From: Bacteroidales bacterium
GTDB lineage: Bacteria > Bacteroidota > Bacteroidia > Bacteroidales > PUMT01
Assembly: GCA_007133565.1 (NCBI GenBank)
Contig: SLMM01000011.1
Location: 1,128-65,127, forward strand
DNA: 64,000 nt
Reading direction: 5' to 3'
Shown here: positions 27,822 through 41,660 of the stretch, piece by piece
Layout: each line of letters begins with the position of its first letter
Position numbering within the stretch: the first letter of the stretch is position 1
Program-made: the position numbers and the translations under genes
The notes under the pieces: model-generated
The model's input: only the letters and a program-made list of their open reading frames with translations
What the model was told of the DNA's origin: nothing
Database searches by the model: none

Positions 27822-29951
27822 CTACTTAATATTCTTCATGCTAAGCTGAATACGTTTGCGGGACTCATCCACCTCCAGCACCCTCACCTTTAGGGCCTGA
27901 TGCAGGCTTACTATCTCACCGGGGTTACTCACAAACCTGTCCGCCATCTGGGATATATGCACCAGTCCGTCCTGCTTTACTCCAACATCGACAAAAACCC
28001 CAAAGTTGGTTATATTGGTTACTATCCCGGGAAGCACCATTCCCGGCTTCAGGTCGCCAATACCAAAAACATCGGGCGAAAACTCAAAAACCTCTATCTT
28101 GCTGCGGGGGTCCCTTCCGGGCTTGGCCAGCTCAGCCATGATGTCATTCAGTGTAGGTAACCCTGTGGTTTCTGTTACATATCTTTTCAGATCCAGTTTT
28201 TCCCGCAATTCCTCTTTTTTTATCAGATCTTCTATCGCTGCACCCATATCTTCGGCCATCCGTTCAACAATATGATAAGATTCCGGGTGAACAGCCGAGT
28301 TGTCCAGGGGATTACCGGCGCCTGGTATGCGGAGAAAACCTGCACATTGCTCAAATGCCTTGTTTCCCAGCCTTGCAACCTTTTTCAGGTCTTCCCGTGA
28401 CAGAAAGGGGCCGTTCTCCTTTCGGTATTCAATAATGTTTTTTGCCAGTTGCGGGCCGAGACCTGACACATAAGTCAGGAGGTGCCTGCTTGCTGTGTTG
28501 AGGTTGACCCCCACCTGGTTGACGCAGCTCTCCACTACCTGGTCCAGGCTCTCCCTGAGTCTGCCCTGATCCACATCATGCTGGTACTGCCCCACGCCAA
28601 TAGACTTAGGGTCTATCTTCACCAGCTCAGCAAGAGGGTCAGAAAGCCTGCGACCAATTGATACAGCTCCGCGCACGGTTACATCATAATCGGGGAACTC
28701 CTCTCTTGCAACATTTGATGCCGAATAGACAGAGGCCCCGCTCTCATTTACCATGAAGACATTGACATCCCTGTCAAATTTAACCTTCCTTATGAAGTTC
28801 TCGGTTTCACGGGATGCGGTGCCATTACCAATGGATATTGCCTCAATCCTGTACTGATTAACAAGCGAGGCTATCTTTTTTGCAGCCATCCTGCCCTCAC
28901 TCTGAGGCGGGTGAGGGTATACCGTCTCATTGTGCATCAGATTACCCTGCTCATCAAGGCAGACAATCTTGCATCCGGTTCGGTAACCCGGATCTATTGC
29001 CAGAATGCGTTTTTGTCCCAATGGAGGTGCCAGCAACAGCTGCCTCAGGTTTTCAGCAAAGACAGAAATTGCCCCGGTGTCAGCCTTTTCTTTTGCGATT
29101 GCCCTGAACTCATTTTCAATTGAGGGCCTGAGCAACCGGCTGTAGCTGTCACCTGCCGCTTCCTGAACCTGCCTCGAAGCAGCATTATTCCCTCGTATAA
29201 ACAGCCGTTCAAGAATTTCAATGGCCTTCTCAACCGGAGGCTCAACCGATAGTCTGAGTACACCCTCCTCTTCACCCCTTCTCATTGCCAGTATCCGGTG
29301 AGACGGACAGCGCCCAAGCCTTTCGTCAAAATCAAAATAATCGCGGTATTTAGCACCTTCCTCCTCTTTATTTTTCACAACCCTGGAAGTGATAACAGCT
29401 TCCCGTTCAAAGAGGGCCCTGATACGCCGGCGCGCCTCCTGATCTTCATTTATCCATTCAGCCACAATATCACGTGCACCCTTCAGTGCATCTGCAGCCC
29501 CGGGCACCTCACCTGAAAGAAACTCCATTGCCTTCTCCTCAATAGCATCTTCACGCTGGCCCATCATAATCTTTGCCAGCGGTTCCAGTCCCCTTCCCCT
29601 TGCAACCGATGCCCTTGTCTTCTTTTTTGGTTTAAATGGAAGGTACAAATCCTCCAGCTCTGTCATGCTCTGTGCTCCTTCCAGCTGCTGCTTCAGTTCA
29701 GGTGAAAGCTTACCCTGCTCATCTATCGATTTCAGTATTGCCTCTCGTCGCTTGTCAATCTCAGCCAGTTTACCTGAAAGATCCCTTACAGCGGTGATCA
29801 TAACCTCATCAAGGCTTCCGGTAAGCTCTTTACGGTATCTGCTTATAAACGGAATTGTTGCACCCTCTGAAAAAAGCTTTATGGTATTCCTGACCTGGGC
29901 TTCATTCAGGTCAAGATCTTTGGCTATCCTGTGAATATGCTTGTTGTCCAT
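27822..29951 (-). CDS. tex: Tex-like transcription accessory protein (YqgF/HhH/S1 domains)
   Basis: 'TIPFISRYRKE.TG', 'ILAIDPGYRTGCK', 'ISIGNGTASRE', and a C-terminal S1 domain 'LPGIVTNITNFGVFVDVGVKQDGLVHISQM'. Confidence 0.9.
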   Translation of the reverse strand: MDNKHIHRIAKDLDLNEAQVRNTIKLFSEGATIPFISRYRKELTGSLDEVMITAVRDLSGKLAEIDKRREAILKSIDEQGKLSPELKQQLEGAQSMTELEDLYLPFKPKKKTRASVARGRGLEPLAKIMMGQREDAIEEKAMEFLSGEVPGAADALKGARDIVAEWINEDQEARRRIRALFEREAVITSRVVKNKEEEGAKYRDYFDFDERLGRCPSHRILAMRRGEEEGVLRLSVEPPVEKAIEILERLFIRGNNAASRQVQEAAGDSYSRLLRPSIENEFRAIAKEKADTGAISVFAENLRQLLLAPPLGQKRILAIDPGYRTGCKIVCLDEQGNLMHNETVYPHPPQSEGRMAAKKIASLVNQYRIEAISIGNGTASRETENFIRKVKFDRDVNVFMVNESGASVYSASNVAREEFPDYDVTVRGAVSIGRRLSDPLAELVKIDPKSIGVGQYQHDVDQGRLRESLDQVVESCVNQVGVNLNTASRHLLTYVSGLGPQLAKNIIEYRKENGPFLSREDLKKVARLGNKAFEQCAGFLRIPGAGNPLDNSAVHPESYHIVERMAEDMGAAIEDLIKKEELREKLDLKRYVTETTGLPTLNDIMAELAKPGRDPRSKIEVFEFSPDVFGIGDLKPGMVLPGIVTNITNFGVFVDVGVKQDGLVHISQMADRFVSNPGEIVSLHQALKVRVLEVDESRKRIQLSMKNIK

Positions 29952-30115
29952 AATAATATCCGTACTGTGGCACATCAAAATTTTCAAAGTTAATGTTTTT
30001 TATCCACCCCTCAGCCTGAAGCCGGGATCGCATTACCTTCATCACTTAATATGCATAATGCCGGAATTGTCATATCTTTGTTATTGTATTGATTTTGAAA
30101 AAAAAAGATATAATT

Positions 30116-30508
30116 ATGCGTACAATTACCAAATTTATTCTCATCGCTCTTGCAATAATGGGCATCTCATGGCTAATTCCCGGAGTAGAGGTTATCTCTT
30201 TTACTTCTGCATTATGGGTGGCGCTTGTTCTTGCAATCCTGAACCTGATAGTAAAACCAATACTTATTGTACTGACCATACCGGTAACGATAATCACTTT
30301 CGGGTTATTCCTGCTGGTGATTAACGGACTGATGATATGGATGGCCGGAGCATGGATACGGGGCTTTCATGTAGAGACTTTCTGGAAGGCAATCCTTTTC
30401 AGCATATTACTTTCGGCTGCCACATATTTGATAGAAAACCTGCTCGGGCCTCCCCCGCCCCGAAGGAGAATATACTATGGTGAAACCAGGAGCTACAGGC
30501 ATGAATAA
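30116..30508 (+). CDS. small 4-TM membrane protein of the 'phage holin 4_2'/YvlD family
   Basis: 'ALWVALVLAILNLIVKPILIVLTIPVTIITFGLFLLVINGLM' is characteristic. No phage genes nearby. Confidence 0.7.
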   Translation: MRTITKFILIALAIMGISWLIPGVEVISFTSALWVALVLAILNLIVKPILIVLTIPVTIITFGLFLLVINGLMIWMAGAWIRGFHVETFWKAILFSILLSAATYLIENLLGPPPPRRRIYYGETRSYRHE

Positions 30509-30611
30509 TACCCCCCGGGGCGATATCTGATCCCTGACTCCAGCCGGTTAAGCCGGATCGCCACATCACCGGAACCAGCAGTAAAAAAGGTGGCTTAATC
30601 CAAATTTATTG

Positions 30612-31787
30612 CTATAACCTGGAAAGAAGAATAGCTTCAAGGTCTCCTCTGTCCAGTTGAATCGGATTGTTCTTGATCCCTGTCTCAGAAGCCAGTGCAG
30701 AGACATCTGAAGCCATAATGCCATACTGGCCCAACCGCGGCATTGAAAGATTATCAATAAGTCGGTCAAGTTCATCTGCAAGATAATCAAGATAATAATC
30801 CCTGCTCTCTCCTTTTCGGGGAGACATTAACCTGCCGGCTTCCGAATACTTGTCAAGATATTCACTGCCACTGCCTGATGCCCTCAATTTCTGGATATTG
30901 ACCCTTGTTACCGAACCAAGCAGCGTCCCGCAAACGACCCCGTGAGGTATGTCAAAATATCCGCCCAGTATTGAAGCATAGCCATGAACGGCGCCTAAAC
31001 CGGCATTGGCCAGTACAATACCCGAGAGTAATGCTGCATAGGCCATACCGGAGCGAGCCTCAGTGTCGTCTCCGTTGTGCACCGCACGGCTGATAGAGCC
31101 GAATGCCTTTTGCAGCCCGCTTTCGGCCAGCGCATCGGTAAGCGGCGAGGAACCTGTTGAAACAAACGCTTCCAGAAGCTGCGTTATGGCATCCAGTCCG
31201 CTCGCGGCAGTTACTTCCGGGGGGCAGCCTGTTGTAAGCAAGGGGTCGACAAGTGCAATATCGGAGACGAAGTTTTCATGTCGCAATGACCTTTTATAGC
31301 GCGGCTCACCCGGCGTAGTAAGCACGGCATTTTTTGTGGCCTCACTTCCTGTACCTGCCGTGGTTGGTACGGCAATCAGGGGCAGCCTTGTGCCCGGGTG
31401 AGTTTTCATCCCGGGGTTGCCTTCAAGGTAATCCCAGGTCTTACCTTTCACGGTAAGCATAGCGGAAAGTGCCTTGCCTGCATCCAGGACGCTACCGCCC
31501 CCTGCAGCCATCACCACATCAATATTGGAATTTTGAAAGGCAGCAACGATGCTGTCTATAAACTCAGCATGAGGTTCTCCATCAACATTGACTATGTCAA
31601 TTTTTGTTCCTGACTTTTTCATCTCCTCTAAAAAATCACGGCCGGCAACACCGGATGTGAAAGAGCGGCTCCCGGTTACCAGCAGAAGTGATTTGCCATA
31701 ATTCCGGATTAACCGGCCGGCACCGGCAAAAACACCGGTCCCGAACCGTATTGAGGGAACTCCGTCAAACCTGAACTCACCTACCAT
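30612..31787 (-). CDS. iron-containing (class III) alcohol dehydrogenase
   Basis: 'AAGGGSVLDAGKA', 'IAVPTTAGTGSE' and 'GLGAVHG'. Start trimmed to the ATG at 31787, which gives a 7-nt overlap with the upstream ABM gene. Confidence 0.85.
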   Translation of the reverse strand: MVGEFRFDGVPSIRFGTGVFAGAGRLIRNYGKSLLLVTGSRSFTSGVAGRDFLEEMKKSGTKIDIVNVDGEPHAEFIDSIVAAFQNSNIDVVMAAGGGSVLDAGKALSAMLTVKGKTWDYLEGNPGMKTHPGTRLPLIAVPTTAGTGSEATKNAVLTTPGEPRYKRSLRHENFVSDIALVDPLLTTGCPPEVTAASGLDAITQLLEAFVSTGSSPLTDALAESGLQKAFGSISRAVHNGDDTEARSGMAYAALLSGIVLANAGLGAVHGYASILGGYFDIPHGVVCGTLLGSVTRVNIQKLRASGSGSEYLDKYSEAGRLMSPRKGESRDYYLDYLADELDRLIDNLSMPRLGQYGIMASDVSALASETGIKNNPIQLDRGDLEAILLSRL

Positions 31788-32089
31788 TGCGCCGGATCTT
31801 CGGGTTGCAGTATCTCGTAACGCACACCCCTGCGTGGTTCTGCCATCCATGGCTCAACGACTTTCCGCCATTCCAGGTAGTGAGGTGTCTGCTTGTGTGC
31901 CGCTGCCGCTTCTTCACTCTGGTAAGCCTCATAGAGCAGAAAGCTGCAGGGGTCACCTGATTGCTGAAGAATGTCAAACCTCAGGTTGCCGGGTTCGCGC
32001 AGGGATTTGCGGTGGTTCTTTTCAGTCTCACCGATAAATTCGTCAACGTGTTCCTTTTTAACATTTACATAAACAAGTGTAACAATCAT
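31781..32089 (-). CDS. antibiotic-biosynthesis-monooxygenase (ABM) domain protein, YgiN-like
   Basis: 102 aa. 'EPGNLRFDILQ' and 'FLLYEAYQSEEAAAAHKQTPHY' are classic ABM motifs. Confidence 0.8.
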   Translation of the reverse strand: MIVTLVYVNVKKEHVDEFIGETEKNHRKSLREPGNLRFDILQQSGDPCSFLLYEAYQSEEAAAAHKQTPHYLEWRKVVEPWMAEPRRGVRYEILQPEDPAQW

Positions 32090-32164
32090 AACTGCATAAT
32101 TTTTTAATCATCAGATGCAATATATCAAATATTAAGGTGGACAACAAACAACCGGAAAAAGAGT

Positions 32165-34411
32165 TCACTGGCCGGCAATTACCAGGTGCTCCTTCTCCTG
32201 TGCGGCAAGGACGGTAAGATGTGATATCCAGTAAGCGAGGGTACTCTCAGCTCCCTGGTTACGGTTGACCCCCTGTTTCTCCAGTCCGTCACAGCCACCT
32301 TTGGTCTCATGGTCATATAGTGGAAGTCTCAGTGAATTCTCGCCCAGAAACCAAAGGTAGGCGGTGAACATCCTTTCTATATATGACCTGTCTCCCGTCA
32401 CACGAAACGCCCTGTAATACATAAGCACCATGGCCATGACATCGATCGACTGCTGGTCAAATTCAGGTGTTTTGCCTCCTTTTTCATACCATCCTTTATT
32501 CCCTACCGGAACCAGGCAGCCGTTTCTTAAAGTAACCTTTTCGAGAAATGCGGTTGATTTTTCTGCTATTTCCAGCCACTCATCTTCTCCTGTAATTTCA
32601 TATGCTGAAAAAAGTGCAAGCGGAAGAATTGCATTGTCATAGGTCATCTTGTCCTCAAACCAGTGCCAGTCGTCCGACCTGTTAATGTTGTATGCTTCAA
32701 GGAGTCTGGCTAACAGATCTTTCATCTTTCGTACCATTGCCTCATCATCGGGAGTTTCCTTGAGATAATAGCAGATCCCTATCACAGTGTTGGCTATCCC
32801 CCTTATAGATTCAAGGCGGTCGAAGTGCCCGACAGAATTAAAGAATATCTCACGTCCTATCTGCTTGAATGCATCATTCGGGGCAAACCTGACAAGATAT
32901 CCAAGGGCCCATACCGAACGGCCGAATGAGTCTTCCGAACCGTACTCATCCAGGAACTGCCTGCTGAAACTCAGGAAATTCCTGAAATTACCATCTTCCC
33001 TCTGCATGTAATGAAGGAAACTGAGATATACCGGCATCAGCTCAAGCGATTCCTTGTCCCGGTTCTGACGCCAGGCCAGTATAGACATAAGCAGTGCCCT
33101 TGCATTATCGTCAACACAATAGCCCTCCTTAAGGTTGGGTATCCCGTATTTTGCATGCTGCACGATACCTGTGTCGTCAGTAAGCCTCTTAACATGCGTA
33201 AGGTCGTATGTCGGCATCAGAGAAACGTCAACGGCCTGCTTTTCGGGCCTGGGCACCTTTTCCCAGTTGTCACACACAAACTCGGCAAGGTAGAGGTACT
33301 GCTTCCCTATCTTGGGCCAACGGAGTCTCCGGCCATACTCTTTTGACTTTTGCCTTAATACGTCAATCTTACCGGGATCTGCAAGCAGCTCGTTGATTAT
33401 TGCGGCAAGCTGCTCAGAGTCCCTGAAGTCAAAAAGCCTGCCCCTTCCGTTACCAAGCAGTTCCTGGGCGTGCCAGTAAGGGGTAGAAACTACTGCACAA
33501 CCCGATCCTACAGCATAGGATAGAGTGCCACTGGTTATCTGCGCCTCGTTGGGATAAGGGGTTATATAAATATCTGTGGCACTCAGATACTCAAACAACC
33601 TGTCTTCCGGAACAAACTCATTATTGAAATATACATTTTTATCCAACCCCCTGGTTTTGACGATACGCTTGAGAAAATTGCGGTACTCCTCGCCTGTATG
33701 CTTGATTACTGCAGGGTGTGTTGCACCGAGTATAATATAGAGTACATCAGGGTGCCTGCCGACGACTGCGGGCAGGGCATTTATCACTGTCTCAATGCCT
33801 TTGCTCCTTCCAAGAAGGCCAAACGTCAAAAGCACTTTCCTCTCCTCAAGCCCGAACATCTCTTTGGCCTTGTTTCGTGACAGCTTCTCATATTCAGGCA
33901 CGCCATGTTCGATAACCTCTATCTTCTCGGCGGGTATACCATATATTTCAGTGAGGAAAGTGAACGCACGGCGACTCATTACTACAATGCGCGCCGCTTT
34001 GTTGCCAATCTCAACTACGATAGACCTTTGCGTGTAGGATGGGTCTTTCAGGACTGTGTGGAAAGTAACGATAAGGGGGACTTCCAGCCTGTGAAGCAGC
34101 GAAAGGATATACACTCCATCATCGCCTCCGAATATACCGAACTCATGTTCCAGAATGCAAAGATCGGCATCACTGAAATTTATATGCCTGGCCGCATCAG
34201 TGTAATCGCGCTGCCGGTTTTGACGTATTTGAAAATTTACCTCAGGTGGATAATCATATTCCTGGTTATCTTCGTTAAGCGCTACTATCATCATGCTCTC
34301 CCGGGGATTATTCTTCCCTGTATTAGCAAGGATAGCCTTCACAAGATTCCTTGTGAAAGTCCCGATACCGCATTTTCTGGGAGGGTAGGTGCCTATAAAC
34401 GCTATCTTCAT
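32165..34411 (-). CDS. GT4 glycosyltransferase fused to a ~350-aa uncharacterised C-terminal domain
   Basis: The N-terminal ~385 aa is GT-B/GT4-like ('MKIAFIGTYPPRKCGIGTFT', 'LLTFGLLGRSKG', 'YITPYPNEAQITSGTLSYAVGSGCAVVSTP'). The C-terminal domain (aa ~395-748) is W/Y/D-rich and helical-looking, with no family I can name. Confidence 0.75.
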   Translation of the reverse strand: MKIAFIGTYPPRKCGIGTFTRNLVKAILANTGKNNPRESMMIVALNEDNQEYDYPPEVNFQIRQNRQRDYTDAARHINFSDADLCILEHEFGIFGGDDGVYILSLLHRLEVPLIVTFHTVLKDPSYTQRSIVVEIGNKAARIVVMSRRAFTFLTEIYGIPAEKIEVIEHGVPEYEKLSRNKAKEMFGLEERKVLLTFGLLGRSKGIETVINALPAVVGRHPDVLYIILGATHPAVIKHTGEEYRNFLKRIVKTRGLDKNVYFNNEFVPEDRLFEYLSATDIYITPYPNEAQITSGTLSYAVGSGCAVVSTPYWHAQELLGNGRGRLFDFRDSEQLAAIINELLADPGKIDVLRQKSKEYGRRLRWPKIGKQYLYLAEFVCDNWEKVPRPEKQAVDVSLMPTYDLTHVKRLTDDTGIVQHAKYGIPNLKEGYCVDDNARALLMSILAWRQNRDKESLELMPVYLSFLHYMQREDGNFRNFLSFSRQFLDEYGSEDSFGRSVWALGYLVRFAPNDAFKQIGREIFFNSVGHFDRLESIRGIANTVIGICYYLKETPDDEAMVRKMKDLLARLLEAYNINRSDDWHWFEDKMTYDNAILPLALFSAYEITGEDEWLEIAEKSTAFLEKVTLRNGCLVPVGNKGWYEKGGKTPEFDQQSIDVMAMVLMYYRAFRVTGDRSYIERMFTAYLWFLGENSLRLPLYDHETKGGCDGLEKQGVNRNQGAESTLAYWISHLTVLAAQEKEHLVIAGQ

Positions 34412-34486
34412 GGCAATAGATTTAGGTAGACAGTTCCATAAACTTATGAAAATAAACTGGTATAAATTTCAGAAAATCTATTCTCC

Positions 34487-35443
34487 TCAGTGCCTGCCCT
34501 GGTGGATATCCCTAAGTTTTCGGAAAAGCCTGATCTCTTCATCTGTAAGATCTTCAGGCAGCAGAACCCTTATCCTGACCATGAGGTCGCCGGGTGCATC
34601 ACCACCTTGCTCCGGCAGCCCTCTTCCTTTCAACCGGAGCACGGAACCCGGCTGTGACCCTTTAGGGACAGAAACACTGACCTTCCCCGCAGGAGTTTCG
34701 ACCTGAATTTTGCCACCAAGAATCGCAGTATATAGATCGACAGGAACCTCAGTTACAAGGTTTCTGCCTTCAACCAGGTAATTGGGATCGGGCCTGATCC
34801 TTATTTTTATATAAATATCGCCACGCGGGCCACCTGAAACCCTGGCATCTCCCCTGCCCCTTATCCTGAGCTCCTGACCATCATATGCACCGGGGTTTGT
34901 CCGAACCCTCAATTTCTCCCCGTTTAATTTAATTATCCTGGAGGTACCATGAAAAGCCTCGCTTAGTGTCAATTCCATTTCGGCGCGAAGATCCTGGCCC
35001 TTTAAACCTGATGCGCTGCGGGTTTTTTTGTGTGCGGCTTCCCCCATATCGCCGAAAAAGGCCTTGAAGAAATCGGAAAAATCACCACCTCCGAAAAAAA
35101 CATCACCCATATCCTCAAACCCGGTTTCAAAACGGTAGCTGCGTCCTCCGCCTGCGCCACCGAAACGTGACCAGTCAAACCCTCCTGCCTGCCCTGCACC
35201 TGCCTTTTCATAATGCTTCCAGTCCGCGCCAAGCTTGTCATATTTCTTTCTCTTTTCCGGGTCTCTCAGAACTTCCCATGCCTCACTTATCTCCTTGAAT
35301 TTTTCCTCAGCCTTACTGTTCCCTGGATTCTTGTCCGGATGATATTTCAGGGCAAGTTTCCTGTAAGCCTTTTTTATCTCTTCAGCAGAGGCACTTTTTG
35401 ATACACCCAGTATTTTGTAATAATCCTTGTACTGCATAGTCAA
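34487..35443 (-). CDS. cbpA: DnaJ-class co-chaperone, CbpA type (J domain plus DnaJ C-terminal domains, no zinc finger)
   Basis: '[33 protein letters not shown]', a G/F-rich linker, and no CxxCxGxG repeats. Confidence 0.85.
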   Translation of the reverse strand: MTMQYKDYYKILGVSKSASAEEIKKAYRKLALKYHPDKNPGNSKAEEKFKEISEAWEVLRDPEKRKKYDKLGADWKHYEKAGAGQAGGFDWSRFGGAGGGRSYRFETGFEDMGDVFFGGGDFSDFFKAFFGDMGEAAHKKTRSASGLKGQDLRAEMELTLSEAFHGTSRIIKLNGEKLRVRTNPGAYDGQELRIRGRGDARVSGGPRGDIYIKIRIRPDPNYLVEGRNLVTEVPVDLYTAILGGKIQVETPAGKVSVSVPKGSQPGSVLRLKGRGLPEQGGDAPGDLMVRIRVLLPEDLTDEEIRLFRKLRDIHQGRH

Positions 35444-35642
35444 CCTGGTATTATATCAAGATATTCTGACCCGGCCAGCCCACATCTTAATATTTCAAAA
35501 TAATAATCCAGCAGGTTGTCTTCCGATCGTGCTTCAGGATAGTAAATGATTTGACGATAATTGCCGGCTGCTGGTGCGGCTGACTTCCGCAATTTATTAA
35601 AACTTTAATATCAATTCAAATTTTTTATTTATAATTGTATAA

Positions 35643-39479
<3,837 letters not shown>

Positions 39480-39484
39480 CTATA

Positions 39485-39534
39485 CACCGGGCCGGCAGTA
39501 AAACTGAGCATGCACCGGGCCGGCAGTAAAACTG
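39485..39534 (+). repeat. perfect 22-nt direct repeat x2 (CACCGGGCCGGCAGTAAAACTG), 28-nt period
   Basis: Copies at 39485..39506 and 39513..39534, immediately after the GH2 stop and upstream of yaaA. Confidence 0.9.
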
Positions 39535-39604
39535 TTTATGGTTCAACCGGGCTCAAACCATGGCCGGACAGAGCCGAAATCCTGATCGTCTAAACTTTAA
39601 AGCA

Positions 39605-40369
39605 ATGATTACAATAATCTCGCCGGCAAAGAAGCTGGATATCAAATCAGAAACAGGAGGGATGAAGCATACCACCCCTGAATTTACAGACAAGGCAGCT
39701 GCCCTTGTGGAGGAACTCAGGCAGTTCTCACCAACCGACCTGGCTGTGCTGATGAATGTAAGCAACGATATCGCAAATCTTACATTTGAAAGGTACTCGC
39801 AGTGGAAGGAACCCTTTAACACAACCAATGCCAGGCAGGCCCTTTTTGCATTCAAGGGTGACGTGTATCGTTCGCTCGATGCCGGCAGCCTCGGCAAAGA
39901 CGACCTGGAGTTTGCACAGGGCCACCTGCGCATCATTTCAGGCTTGTATGGCATACTGAGGCCCCTTGACCTGATCCGGCCCTACCGTCTTGAAATGGGT
40001 GCCGCATTCACTACCTCTGAAGGAGGAAGCCTTTATGATTACTGGACAGCAACAATAACCAAAGCACTCAATAAAGAGCTGAAAAAACAAAATACTGCTG
40101 TTCTGGTCAACCTTGCGAGCCAGGAATATTTCAGGGCAGTGGACACTGATAAACTTGAAGGAGATGTCATCACTCCGGTATTTAAAGAATACCGGGACGA
40201 CCAGTACAAGGTGCTGGGTATCCTCGCCAAAAAGGCAAGGGGCATGATGGTTCGGTTTATCATTAGGAAGAGGATTGATGATCCACAGGAGATCAAATTG
40301 TTCAATGAAGGGGGATACAGTTTTGATTACAACCTCAGCTCAGAAAAGGAGTGGGTATTCACCCGCTAA
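39605..40369 (+). CDS. yaaA: peroxide stress protein YaaA (UPF0246/DUF328)
   Basis: 'MITIISPAKKLD', 'A..F.GDVYRSLDA', 'LRIISGLYGILRPLD.I.PYRLEM' and 'LASQEY'. Start set to the ATG at 39605. Confidence 0.88.
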   Translation: MITIISPAKKLDIKSETGGMKHTTPEFTDKAAALVEELRQFSPTDLAVLMNVSNDIANLTFERYSQWKEPFNTTNARQALFAFKGDVYRSLDAGSLGKDDLEFAQGHLRIISGLYGILRPLDLIRPYRLEMGAAFTTSEGGSLYDYWTATITKALNKELKKQNTAVLVNLASQEYFRAVDTDKLEGDVITPVFKEYRDDQYKVLGILAKKARGMMVRFIIRKRIDDPQEIKLFNEGGYSFDYNLSSEKEWVFTR

Positions 40370-41640
40370 AAAACCTGGAGCACCAATCCTTTAAGATATT
40401 CACCCTCAGGATGGTAGATGCTGACCGGATGATCGGCCGGCTGTGCAAGCTGATGCAGGATCCTTACCTCCCGCCCCGAATTAATCGCAGCCGAATATAC
40501 CGCCTGCCTGAACTGCTCTTTTGAAATAACCTGTGAGCAGGAGAAAGTGAAAAGCTTTCCGCCATATCCCACTTTTTCAAGTGCTTTCGTATTTACACGC
40601 TTGTATGCCTGCAGTGCATTCCTTACCGCACGCAGGCCCTTGGCGAATGCCGGGGGATCGAGAATTACCAGGTCATATTTTTTGTTATTGCCCCTGAAAT
40701 AATCGAATACATCTGCACAAACGGCACTATGACGCTTATCCTTTTCAAAGTTGAGCCTCATATTATGTTCTGCCATCTCAACTGCCCCTGCTGAACTGTC
40801 TACGGTCACCGCCTCCGATGCTCCTCCGCGGAGAGCGTATACAGAAAAACCTCCTGTATAGCCAAACATATTGAGTACGGTTTTACCTCCTGAATAATAC
40901 CCGAGAAGCCTGCGGTTTTCACGCTGGTCCAGAAAGAAACCCGTTTTCTGCCCCCTTTCCCAGTCCACCGCAAACAGGTTGCCGTACTCCGTGACAGTAT
41001 TGTCTCCCCTGTTGCCAATCAGGTATCCTGTGATTTTTTTACCATCAACTGTTCCCGCGGCTTCCCGGCCGCCCTTCACGGCGGACGGAGAGGCTGAAGT
41101 ATCAGTTATCGCAGATGATTGCAAGGGTGCCCCCGGATCACCCGCCTGCTTTGCAAGGCCTTTGGGGCCCCTGTAATAAACTGCTCTCAATGACCCTCCC
41201 ATAACATTGCAAAGTTCAGCGGCCACCTGTTCCCTCACCCGGTGCATTCCGGCGGTATGCGCCTGCATAACTGCCGTGCCGTTATAGAAGTCGATAATCA
41301 TGCCAGGCATCCCGTCGCCTTCGGCATTAACCAGCCTGAAAGCATTTGTGTGGTCGCTGCCTGCCAACCCGCATTCCTTCCTGAGTAAAAGTGCCCGTTC
41401 CAGCCGTTCGCTCCATAACCTCCTGCCAGGTTTATCTCCTGCCGTTGAAATCAAACGCACAGCTATCGAGCCGGAATGGTAATGGCCGGTACCGAGCAGC
41501 CGGCCAGAGGATGAATAGACCTCAACAGGATCGCCATCCTCAAATCTGCCTTCTCCGGCCCTGATTGCTCCCGAAAATATCCATGGATGGAACCTGTTAA
41601 CTGACTGTTCTTTGCCCGGCTTGAGGGTGATTTTATTCAT
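40366..41640 (-). CDS. rlmI: 23S rRNA m5C1962 methyltransferase RlmI-like (PUA plus class I SAM MTase)
   Basis: 'LKPGKEQSVNRFHPWIFSGAI', 'GQKTGFFLDQRENR', 'VLNMFGYTGGFSVYA' and 'LDPPAFA'. Confidence 0.85.
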   Translation of the reverse strand: MNKITLKPGKEQSVNRFHPWIFSGAIRAGEGRFEDGDPVEVYSSSGRLLGTGHYHSGSIAVRLISTAGDKPGRRLWSERLERALLLRKECGLAGSDHTNAFRLVNAEGDGMPGMIIDFYNGTAVMQAHTAGMHRVREQVAAELCNVMGGSLRAVYYRGPKGLAKQAGDPGAPLQSSAITDTSASPSAVKGGREAAGTVDGKKITGYLIGNRGDNTVTEYGNLFAVDWERGQKTGFFLDQRENRRLLGYYSGGKTVLNMFGYTGGFSVYALRGGASEAVTVDSSAGAVEMAEHNMRLNFEKDKRHSAVCADVFDYFRGNNKKYDLVILDPPAFAKGLRAVRNALQAYKRVNTKALEKVGYGGKLFTFSCSQVISKEQFRQAVYSAAINSGREVRILHQLAQPADHPVSIYHPEGEYLKGLVLQVF

Positions 41641-41660
41641 CTGGTCTTTTCGGCTTTATG

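Noticed and set aside
30116-30508. 'Phage holin' family membrane protein as a hint of a prophage
   Set aside because: There is no endolysin, capsid, tail, integrase or att-like repeat nearby. This family (YvlD-like) is widespread as a chromosomal stand-alone gene.
33905-34429. 174-aa plus-strand ORF antisense to the 5' end of the GT4 fusion gene
   Set aside because: It is embedded in a gene with clear GT4 motifs, has no recognisable domain, and has no plausible promoter or RBS context.
40366-40369. Convergent yaaA and rlmI stop codons share the sequence CTAA (TAA on plus, TAG on minus)
   Set aside because: The overlap is real but trivial. It only shows there is no room for a terminator between the genes.
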